Positions 13,601-25,540 of a stretch of 64,000 nucleotides of DNA are shown piece after piece. The stretch covers positions 1,934,540 to 1,998,539 of the forward strand of contig NW_019091359.1 of NCBI RefSeq assembly GCF_001949145.1. The letters run 5' to 3'. Position numbers and translations under genes: made by a program. The stretch comes from Acanthaster planci (Eukaryota). The notes under the pieces are model-generated. The model saw only the letters and a program-made list of their open reading frames with translations. It did not search any database and had not been told where the DNA came from. Positions within the stretch are counted from its first letter, which is position 1; each line of letters opens with the position of its first letter.

Positions 13601-16600
13601 TATACCAGTCTGCAAAAAAGCAGTTTTTATACATGCAAATGAAATTTGTCTTTCCACTGAAAGTTGAAGGCAAATAGTCTGAAGCTACCAGGGTACACAA
13701 GTATGCCCATGACACTGGGTGTAGTTTACACTGCATGCCCATTCCAGGCAAGCCAAGCTATACTTTTTTATTTCCACATCATTGGAATTGACCCTTCAAT
13801 CCAGGGTTTCTCGCCAGGGACAGTGGATGGAGTGCCTGGCCAGCATGCATGGCCTCCAGTCAGTATTGACCGGGCACCGATTATGACTCAACCATCGTGG
13901 GGGATTCCAAGACTGCCTGGCAACTCCCGTATGTATATGATTCACGCTGCTGCACGGTTTCTTACCCTTACGCCGTCAGGGAAACCGGTATCCTGCACAG
14001 TGCCCGTCCCCTCTGGGATGCGCATCAGCTTCGGCTTTGTGTTCCCCCCCGCTCTTCTGTCCTGGGGGGACTGATGCGAATCTAAAGAGACATTTAACAC
14101 TCCAGATGTGGTGTTGGTATCTTCCATTAGTGGCAGGTTATTGCAGGGGCTAGTGGACTGAAATAAAAGGGATGTATCTATTTTAATAAGCTAAGATGCT
14201 GTGAAAAATATCCCGTTTTGCACTGTATCAAATTGACAAGCCTAACTCAGACCTCGTAAAATAATGAAATGTATGAAATGATATGTGAAATGTCACTAAA
14301 CGCTCCTCAGAGAAGTACATTTGACTTTTAGCATGCACATTTTTATTTAAAAATCAACAATTTTGGTCTTTATCTGACGTGGCAAATTTATGTTCAATGT
14401 GAAAAATGTTTCAAAATTAGCCTATCATGAATATATTGAATGTAGTTAGCTGCTCCTTGGTGAAATACCGGTGGACTTGACTTGTGCTGAGCGCTGTCCT
14501 TGTAAGGAAATGAATTTAAAGTCTTTCAAAAGGGAAAGACGTTTTTGAAACGAGCCCCCTTTTATCTGGCCAACCTTTCCTCATTCTTTTTCTGCCAGAA
14601 AGAAAGTTCAGTAAACTGTGAAAATGTGCTTTGAAACCTGCCATGCCTGGTTCCCAAGATTGCCATCAAGAACCTGAACCCTCCCTGTGGACTGGTAGGG
14701 ATCGTCTTGTCGTCGGAGCAGGGAGCTTGTCATCAAGATAAATTGAATTAAAAGAAAATCAATGGCATTATACCACAGAGAGGCTAGGTGATTCACCTCC
14801 TCATCACTCACCAGTCTTTGTCACCCAAAAAGCCCCAAGTCTGTCTCAACATTTCCTAGTTTTGGTCCAAAATACCGATATTTGACGTTTTAATATTGTC
14901 TGTAGTGACTAAACCCAGATGCTGATTTGATGCAGCAAATCTAAGACATTCTTTTTTATTCCACACTTTCGTGCAAATTTACCAAGGCGTAGGCATTTTG
15001 TATTTAATTTTTCTTAAACTGCAAGAATGGGTTTTACCCCTCAGAGACAGTGCTCAAAATTGTGCCCTTCTCCAGGATTACCCACTAACTGTTCATGTAT
15101 GGAAAAAGCCAAGGCAATTCCATTCAAATGAAAGCACACTGTGTCTATGTATGCTTGCACTCTGTAAACTACACACATCCCCACAATGGCATCTTTAATC
15201 CCTTGTCCACACAAGGAAAAGTTCAAAGGTGGCTTGTTTGGCAGAGGTAAAAAAAAAAGCCTCAGTGACTCAAAATTGAAATTGCCATGTCTAATTTGTA
15301 TCCCCCCTCGTTTTTTTCTGTTTTGCTGGGCTTCTTTGCAAAATTCTTCAGGGATGCAAAATCAAGTTTTCCGGTTGAGTACTAACTGTAGGGTGGACTT
15401 TAAAGAAAACTGAAAAGCACAGAGGTGAGGACGGGGTCAGTGCACTGTAGTCCATTAACTGTAGACAGTGCATACTGATTGTCTTCTTTATGCATTTTAA
15501 TTCACTGAGATTTTTGTCGGGAGGCATGGAATGTCTAAATCTGTGACCGTGAGATCAAATTTGTCAGGAAGCGAGAGGGACTTGTTAAAATGCTTTTATG
15601 ATGTTGAGTTCATGAATTTGTACTTTCTGTGTTGATGTACCATGCGGTGAAAAATTATTCAGAAGTTGTTGCACTTTCATTTTGTCATTGTTGTGCGTAG
15701 TTTTCTGAGGACACATCTGACTGGGCCTATATTTTGGTCTACCCAGGTTTTTTTAATGTCAATGTGTACACACTTCACAGAGGGTCATGTTAGAACTAGT
15801 TTTCAGAAAATAAATGTCATTGTTCTTCAATGACTCAAAAATATTTCCTGCCAGTGCCATGTCCCATCTTGACAAATCTTTTAAAACCACATTCGTTTTC
15901 ATAAGATTCCATTCCATTCACAAAAGATGGGTGTGCACGTCTATACCATATTGTTTTACTTCTTAAAATCTCTAAATGATAATTTCTGTTTAAAGGAAAG
16001 ATACGCCAGTTAAGGGAAGAGTGAGAAGGAACAGAAAGAATGTCAGTGTGTATCTGTCAATTTCAAAAGTACCCTTCAGTGAAGACGGGATTTGTCATCA
16101 AGATGAATAATTCAACATGGCAAAAATGCACTCTCAGATTGAAACAAGCAACCCATCCGTGTCAACATCAAAAAGACATCAAAGCACTAACAGACTCCTA
16201 AGTGTTATTGTCTCTTTGTCAAGGCTAATCACCAGTGTTGAACTTCACGCTTGCATTACCGCCTTCGCGAGTTCCTGCGCCCTTGCACGCCAGACAGGGA
16301 TAGAGTGTCATTTGATTTGGGGGGAAAAAACCTCGTGGGTTCCTGCTGATACAAGATGTGCTCGGTTGATAATGTGCTGTCCTTTGATCGCTCCCGCCTT
16401 ACTGTTTATTTGTGGTTATACTTCAGATGTTTGCTTGATTAAGCAGTGTTCATTCATACAAAAGAATGATGGGAGGGAATGGCTGGGAACAAGTTGGAAC
16501 ACTTGGTGACTCGCAATAATTTCCTTCACCCAATTTTTTTTTCTGGTATTTTGTTTAGGCAGGTGCTTGCTATGTCTTTACCACCTGCAGGTTATTATCT

Positions 16601-19600
16601 GTACATTGTGAGTCCTCCCAAACTAATCAAGTTATTTAGCACTCTGAGAAAATCGACTTACACAAGACCGAAGCCATTTTGTAGGGTACATCTGTACTTG
16701 CGTCATCAAATTTTATCACTTTTTTTGTCTGTTTGACTTGGAATAATGTGTTGATTATCGATGGATGCGTAGTTCTGCACATTTGGGAACTTGTTTGTGG
16801 TGTAGAGACTCGTAGAAGGGAAGAGATGGTCGTCCTGTTTCAGGGACCAAGCTTTAAGAGTCCAGCTCATTGTAGAATTGGAGAGATTGGAGTTAGGCCT
16901 TTCTTTTCGTTCACTGTGGGTATATTCTATGAAGTTTCAATACAGTCTGAAAATTTATCACTTTTGTTGGAATGAACAGATGTATTCCGGGTAGTTCATG
17001 GCTTCGAACTGGCTTTGAGCACGTCTATGAGAAAGGTTAACTTTTTGGGGCTCATGTTTCTCAAAGAAATGGACACTGTGAAAATGCTACATCCAATTTC
17101 CATGTAGTTGGTGTTAAAATGATTGTAAGACATTGCTTGAAAAATTCCTTAAGATGCAATGGGAAGAAAAGATGCACTGTGATGATACCATAAAATGAGA
17201 TGGGTAGGCAGACTCTGTCCTTCGGTTCTAATTTAGAGTTAAAACAGTCGCTGTCGAGGAAGATTACATTCTGGTGGCAAAACCAAGCCTTTTAGACATG
17301 CCAGGTTCCAAAAAGGGGAAGCACTGCTCATCATGCAGGGTCTGGAAGGATGTTTACTGACTTCATTGAATTTTGAAAAACTTGTCCTTGGCCAAAGAGA
17401 ATTGCTTGGGTGGAGCATTGATTGAGCAGAAGTTCCAGGCTTAGTCATACCCAGTTGTCATCTCTTGGTAGAAACGACAGGCCAGTCAATGATGGCGTAG
17501 GGCACTGTCACACCTTGTTGAGCATCTTATTATTTTTCTCAGTTCTAGACACTCCCCTCCTCCAGAAATCCCGTCATACGGAATTTGCAAGCACCGCGAA
17601 TAATGCGCGCTCGAATGGCATGTCTTTTATTCTGCAAATTTATATTGAACAGCCCCCCCCCTCCACACAGCATCCTTGGTTGGCTGAGCAGGGAAATTGG
17701 AACTGTGAAAAAGTGCACCTTTTGTTCGGAAATTAGCTTTTCATTCACCTGCAAGGGATAATGGAGATTAACGATTGACTGGACGAGGTGGGTGTGACCT
17801 GCCCAGAAAAGTACATTGGCTACTGATCGGGTTGTAGCAGGACAAAGTTGGAGACTAAAAGTGTGCCGACAGAGCTTTTTCCAGCTCTCAGGGGAAAGAG
17901 CGTGGTAGTCTACGCTGTTATGTCAACATCCCTGGTGACTTTATCATTAATGGTGTTCAGTGGAGAGAACTGGGAGACAAGCACATTCCAAGAATGGGAA
18001 GAGGCATTAAAAAAACACGACATTTGGTTTAAAGATTAACACTTCAAGGCAGTCTTCCATGGAACCTGGAAAAAAACATGAGACAAGATTGAATTTGTAG
18101 GTATTCTTATTTTTTCTTTATTGTGATGTGTGCTTTCTATGACGGTGATAAAAAACGAATACTGCATTACCACATCCATGACAAACAAACTTCCATTGAA
18201 TGGAAAAACAGCGCTTTCCTTTCGTACAATGTACAACATTCCAGCATCGGGCAACCACCTCACCAGGCCTTTTCATCTTTGGCCTGACTCACCCAGATGC
18301 CATCCCGGGTAGACAGTGAAAAAAAGACACACAAATAGGCCTCATAAAGCAAACGCTGCACACCCACAGTCGAAGAAGTCAACAATGTCCGCCAATCCAT
18401 CTCCAGACAGTCAGCTTTTACCTCAAAAGACCCCTTGCAGTGCTGTGACTTGTTCAGGTCAGTCTGGCTGTAAGTCTCTGGTCTGGTTGACCAGGACTGA
18501 CTCTGTCTCTGTTTTGTCTCTTGAGACCACATACTGACCCCAAACTCCCCCCCCCCAAAAAAAAAGTCATGCCTGGAATCCCTTGGGCCAATGAACTGAT
18601 CCTGGAGATCCCAGAGCCTAAGAGGACACTGGTGTCCAATGTGAAGCATGTTAAATCAGTCACCAAGTTTTTTCCTTGTGCCAATTTTTATCCCAGTCCT
18701 GGAACCCTCGGAAATAGTAATGGCTTGTGGAAATTAGTGGGATATTTCAAATTTGTCTGTGGCCGATGTGACAGTGGTGTCAGGCTTGGTTGCTCAGTGT
18801 TCCACAAAATCATCTACCCCCATTTCCGCCAGGAAAAAAAATGTATTTTGCTTGAGAATGTTCACAAAATATTGATAGAATATTTTGAGAGAACTTTGAA
18901 AGGTTTCTCGTGCCTTTAAAAAATTATGACAGTAATTTTAAAAACACTGCTATAAATGTAATAGGCCTATTGATTTGGTAATTTTAAAATCTGATTGTCA
19001 AATATGAAAAGCCATAAGTCATTTTTCATATACATGTACTTAGTAAAGCCCTTGAAGGTATTAGTTTATAATTCATTGCTTTCAATTTCAAATTGATTTA
19101 TGAATACACTAAACAGTGTAACTTCCCTTTTTAAAGCCACTTAATGCATCTGGTTGGATACAGTGTAATGCACACTTACAGAGGCTCATTCTTCCATTTT
19201 TTTCCTAATACACGTTGTTACTATTGTAAATTTTATCACAGTAGTCGTGATGGCAAGATTACCCATATTTGCAGGATGATGTGTGTTGGATAAAGTCAAG
19301 AATACCAGCAGTGTTTGCATGGGTGTGCTCAGCACAAAAGCCGCATCAGTACCTGATGTGCATAACCACTTTTCATCCTGAATGCTGGGCATGTCCGTTT
19401 CTCAAGGATGGACTTCTCTTGGACCTTGTTTACGGAGTTCACAAGTGGGGGCAGACAAAAGGCTTTCAGATGGCAGAAGTACAGTGAAGTTTGCATTCAG
19501 TAGAGCAGAGAGGCTCTCCAAAAGCGTGTTTTGAAATTGGATTTAGAATTCTCCAGAAATTCATGGCAGTATTTGTTTATGTGCTTTTGTAGCAAAACTG

Positions 19601-22600
19601 GCAGAGGACTCCTGTCAGTACTCATGTGCAAAGTTTTAATTGATTTATACCCAAGTTTATAGGATGGACATGGTTGCTTAGAAACATGTAATTTGTTACA
19701 TAGTCCAAGTGTGCTTTCTTAATACAAATCCATTAGGTGACTCATCTGTTTTGTTCTGAATAGTAAACAAGCAATTTTTTAAGCTGATGAATTCTCTTGT
19801 TTCTCTGACATCAGAGCTGTTAGTGGCTTTTGCTCGAACTTTTCAGATTTTAGGATTTATCCTACGAAAAAACTGGTTGAACGGTTGAAGATGAGCATTC
19901 AAATTTTTACAGCTTGCTGGCTAAATCTGGTCACCTTTGCTCACAGTTCATTAAAAAGTTGAACATCAGATATGTTGCGCCCGAAATGCGTACAAGCGTG
20001 CAGCTTGCCACATTTTCTTCCAAATACCTAATGTTGCATGTTGTGGAGTAACAGTATAAATGCATGCACACCTCAATTGTGCATCCCATGGCTGGAGGAG
20101 TCTCCAGATTTATACTGTACATGGTTTCTTTGTTATTTTCAAAATTACTTTGACATTATCTTGATTCCATATCATTCCTTTCCTGTGACTTCATAAGCTC
20201 GGTGTAATATTTTCGAGATTGCGATCACTCTAACCGCAGCAGCGGTGTTCATTGAGTGTCGTATTCTTTCCTCTTATCTCCACTCAGATCTGTCAGGGAT
20301 AATTCACCAAAGCCAAACAAAATTACGGTGGTTTTTATCTCGTCATCGCTAAGCCGGGATTTGCGTGTTACAAAATCTAATTATTCTTTTTTTTTTCTTT
20401 GGCTCGGTGTGGCAGTTCTGACGCTGGACAGTGGTGGACCCTCGGTTTGGAAATTTAATTAAAATTTCATTTTGCTGATTTTGGCATACACGCACAGTAC
20501 TTGAACATTGCGTTCTAAATCTTGTTATGTCTTAAGTACAAGGTTGGAATCGTTCAACTTCATAATTGTGCTGTACGTACACATGTGCTTACGGATGTAT
20601 GCAGAATTGGAAAAATTTGTGTCATCATAACATCAACTGGAGAACATTTATGCACATTTTTAGCAATCACTGGACAGGGTCCCATGGTTTTAATATTGGA
20701 TGGATATGAACATGAAGAATAGGCTTTGTTAATGCCAGTATCTAATGAAGTCTTGATGTCAAAATCAAAGAAAATGCCTGTAGGTTTGAAAGCTACAAGA
20801 AGTGAGATTTCCAGATTTGCATGTGTGAATTTTTTTAGTGAAGTGATTATACAGGAAGGAGGAATGTGTAGCATCTTCCCAAATTGTTGGATTTTCACTG
20901 TGGCATCACTTCTGAATAACTGACTTTCACAATGGTTCACTACATTTGGAGACCAGCACACATTGCACTTTCACCCTTTGTTCCATGCCTGATCCATCAT
21001 GGCAGACAGCGAGATTTTATCACAACGCCTCCCCTCCTCTTTGCCATAGATTACCCCAACAAATTCCGCTCCAGACGGTAGCAGCATGCCCCTCTAATCT
21101 AACGATAATGCTGACAGATTCTCTTTTGTCTGCATCCAAATTGGCGAGTGTGCAGTCGTGGCCCAGGCGTGTGCCAAATTGTCAATCCATAACGCCTGGC
21201 TAAACCCTCTCTGACTTTCACAGGAGGAATCTCACACAGTTAGTCAGTGCCTCCTTCACGACTGAATTGGTCCCGAGCCCTCCCATCTCGTTCCAGGGAT
21301 TCCAGTCAGTGCTGTAATTTTCAGCCCCAGGAGATTTTTTCTCTGTTGTTTGTTCTTTCACCCGCCCTCCCTCCACGTGGAGTGGAATATTAGTCATAGT
21401 TGTGATTTCATCTTGGTTTGGAATTGGCACGGGATGTCATTGTTCAATTCAGTCACCGTCTAAGGCTGAGGCTGTATCCCTGTTGAAGAATAATTTGTTT
21501 TAGAACTTCTGCTTTTCGTTTATTGTCTTTGCAGTGAGGAAGACCTGTTTAGCTAGAATGCCCTAAAACTAGTAACATTTCTGACATAATATGATGGGCC
21601 ATCCTTAATGTAGGAGCACAATTTCTCTTGATCATTCCAGGATTTTGGTCATTGTTGGTAAGACTGTCATTGTTGGTAATAAGTCCCTGTTCGTCTTCAT
21701 TATCAGAAGGGATATCAGCCATCGATGTTGGGTAGATGTTGGATAATAATGATGAAGTATCACCTCATCCCTCCTGAAGGCTAGATCGTTCTATTGGAGA
21801 AAATTTCCAAAGTGGAAGATTCCCCTCACGATAAAAATCTTGCTAATCCCCATTGGTGAGTCAAATCCAGGACTTGTGGCAAAAAGGAAAAGATGAGGGA
21901 AAACCGCTGCCATTATTTGAAGAAATGTTTAAGGAAAGTATAAAAAAAATGTTGCCGAGAGGGACATTGGAAAGCTACGATCCCCGTTATTGACAAAGTT
22001 GCCAGGAGCACTCGAAAACAAAAGGGATTGACTTTCTCTGGGATGTCACAGTAGGTCTAGAAGGAGCCCATATCTGCATCAGTGGAGGGAGGAAATTGCT
22101 GGATGCAAGTGAGCAGAATAATGGACGACGACGGATCTATAACTTGGTCAGGTCATCTCCTGGGCATTCCGAGCAGATGCTAGCAGGTGTCTTCTTTTGT
22201 CCTCAATACCAGAAAGAAGAAGAGGGAAGTACACTCTTGCTTGCATAGTGTTTGTTGTCCCAAGATCGGGGTCATGTTTTAATACAGATTACAACATGTT
22301 AGATAGTAGAGAGATGTTTTCAGCATTAATACCATAAAAAAATATTTCATACTCCTAGCCATGTTTAGAGTTGTCCATTTTAGAGGAAACTGATAGTGTA
22401 TTCTTTCAGGTAAACTTTCAAGGGCATCGGACTGTTATCAAAAGAAATACTGGCAGAGCTTTAGCTTCCTTAAACCCCAAAATATCCCCTAGAATCTGCT
22501 GACAGTTTCAAAAATTGTATGCAGATTTTTTTTTTCTGACTTGAGTGCATTCTCCAAGCAACAGTATGCAAGTGCCACTAGGATGAGATAGGATGGAAGG

Positions 22601-23437
22601 ACGAAAGAAGTGAAACACTGACATAAATGTTCATTTGATTTCTTGTTCAGGTCAGGCTGTGAGATACAGGTATTTGGTAACACTATGTACTGTACCAACC
22701 TGCTAAGTTGATTAAGAGAGATCTTTACAAAGTACAATACTCAGGCAAGGCATCTGTCCATTTCAATAGAACTCAATACCTCCTCTAACACATTGTCGCT
22801 CCAAATCATGATCTCAGCCACAACAATTCCAGAATTTAAATGCTCATTCGGAGTAAAGTGCATCTCAAACCTTTTCCCTGCTTTAATATCGCCTCCCTTC
22901 CAATCCTCGCCTGGGCCCTGTGGTTTGGAGGGAGAGACACGCTCATCCCATTTTATTATCTGTGACAGGAATTGGACATTTCATGCTTGGATTGCCGGCC
23001 CAAATCCTGCTGAAAAAGGGTGGGGAGCAAATCCAATTTGCGGGCCTTTTGGCAGCATGGAGTGGGAGCAAAACACCTTTTGAGGTTGTGCCTTTTGTCA
23101 GTCTGGAGAGTTGTTGTGAAGGGGACCGGGGAACATGTGGAAAGTAGGCGGGGAAGCAGGGGGCTGCATGCCAGGGCCTGAAGCAGCAATGCTTGCCTGC
23201 AATATTGCTAATGGATTTTTAGGTTGTATTTGTGTCACATGGATATGTAGCTTGGAGGTTGGATTTACAATGCAGGAGGCGGCCAAAAAGACCCAGTTCT
23301 CAATTGATATGTATTGCATACTTGGATACAGGCCAATTTATGAACCTGCAAAGTGCATAGATTATCTGTTTAGGCGTACCATCTTTATAGTGTTTGTATA
23401 ATTATCATCAATGAGATCCTAAATATAAACATCCATA

Positions 23438-24727
23438 CAGGCCTTGCCTTACCTTTTTTTCCTGGCTAGCCGACTGGGCTAGTTCAGTGGATATTTTACT
23501 AGCCCGTTTAGAGTTTTACTAGCCCGTATATAAAAATGTTAAAACCACGAAATTTGTTATCAGCTTACCAATGCAGAATTTGACATTTCGGAAAATAAAA
23601 GGCTGATGGTATATAAAAATAAAGAAGCATGTATGTTAGTTAAAAGCCGCTGGAGTCACTGGTCACGGAGCCAGGATCAAAATCATCTCTTTGCTCCATC
23701 ATTCCTCTCGTTTGGGTTGCTTACGATTGGCAAAAAATGCTACTTTTTGCTTATTTTTCTGACCTCCGCATGTGCGTGGTGAATGAGAGAAAACTTTTTT
23801 CCAATCAGAAGAGGGTGCTGTTTGCACGCGGCTTTGTGTATACTTCGTATCAAATGCTTTCAAGAACTCCTGCAATGCCCAGTATAGCTAGCTGTGGTCA
23901 GTTAAGGTCAGAAAAATTGATAAGGCCCCCCTCCCTAAAAAAAGACTTCTGTTTTCGGTTTCCTGATCGACCCTTACTTTTCGGCACGACCCTAACATTT
24001 TTATCGGCCAGTTAGAAAAACAAATTTACACAATTAACAAAAATATAAATTAATGCCGATGTCTTTTCTGTCTTCACAAAACACCTTTCAACAACCCAGT
24101 CTCATATTAAAATGCTTGTTTTACATGTTTTCCTACTTCACTTGCAATTTTTGAAAAAAAAAACCTTTGTCATTTTTACGAGTTCCACTCGCGTTTCGCA
24201 GTCGCAGTAGTGAAATTTTGTGCGCAAAGCTCAATGCATGAATGCAAAGCTGCACTGGTTCCCACCACGCCGCGCCCATGCAAAAGACCATCAGATGGAA
24301 ATGTGCTAACCAATTACGTCCCGGTCGCGAGTCGATTAAAACTACATCGGTGTCGTACACACATGCAGCCATACAGCTGCAGGTCGAAAAAACATCGATG
24401 TTGCAAGAGGATTTCTTCAAGTTAATTAATTCACAGAAGTTGGTCTCTTGTTAATGTATTTATTTTCTGTGTTCATGAGTTCCTGCCATAGCACGTGGTT
24501 TATCGCCCATCTGGATGCATCATGTATGCTTACCACGTGATACACGGACATTGCTGGCCAGTTTGCTGTCATGAATACCTAACTAATTTAATTTTAAGTG
24601 GCCACTCTCACCACTGTCAGAAAAAGATTTCAAAAAGAGATTTCATCTACAAATGCCCCCAAATACCCTTGTTTTACATTGTAGAGCATCGGACAGCCAG
24701 AAGGGAGACCAAATACGTGTAGGCCTG
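23438..24727. mobile_element. Degenerate non-autonomous DNA transposon region (hAT-like ends), possibly with a nested fragment at ~23921-24005
   Basis: Left end CAGGCCTTGCC...CTGGCTAGCCGA; right end reverse complement CAGGCCTACAC...CTGGCTGTCCGA. Subterminal TTTTACTAGCCCG occurs twice and the interior is CpG-rich. No intact 8-bp TSD. Confidence 0.45.
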
Positions 24728-25397
24728 GGTACAGCCTGTTTGTGATCAGGTGACTCGACTAGTCCAGTCGTTGTTGACTAGCATTTGTTGAATCTGAATG
24801 AACCACTGTGTGGTCCTTGATAATTCTCAGTAGAATGTGTTCCGTTTGGCAAGTGTAAGCCCATACCACCCCCAACAAAACAACACCGGTTTTGATACAC
24901 CAAAAGCCTAAAAAAAACCGTACTTTTCATGGCATTGTTCTATTTTTAAGAGTGCACAATCAACGGCGAGCACCAGAGCTGGGTCCTGAAAGACAGTGGA
25001 CTCCCTGCAGAGCTCACCACCTGCATCTCCAGTGAATGGGGAACCTCAGTTTTCCTCGTGTGGAAATGCACAGAAAAATGCCATCTGTGGATCGATAAAG
25101 AAGTCTTTTGTTGGTGTTTGGAACGACTTGCTTGTACCCTAGCTCTGTACTTGTACAATGTACATGTACCGGTACCTCAGCTTGGAGGACTGACAAAATC
25201 AGGACATGACTTGGCTTTTAAACAACAAGTGCATATTTATGTTAAGATTTCTTGCGTTTACATGCACTTGTACACTGCATTTTACACCTATCAGCACAGA
25301 CAGAAAAAGTTCTTGAAAAACTACACGAATGTAGTACTTTAATGCATGCAGGTAATGTAGGAGGAAATCTCTTCACTCGTGCAGTGTACATGCACCT

Positions 25398-25540
25398 GAG
25401 CTGAAGTGCACCCCAAATCGGCAAAAGAAAGACAGATGGTTACAACAGGGTTCCTGCCTTGCACGCGTTCTGCATACAATACGCAAAGACCTTACTTTCT
25501 GCGGAAAAAAAGTCCTCTTTTGTTCCGCTCAGAGCGGATA
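25398..25540 (+). repeat. Interspersed repeat fragment, copy 1 (GAG-initiated DNA-transposon-like end)
   Basis: GAGCTGAAGTGCACCCC..ATCGGCAAAAGAAAGA.AGATGG...CACGCGTTCTGC...GCAAAGACC...AGAGCGGA is shared with 56046-56135. Confidence 0.7.
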
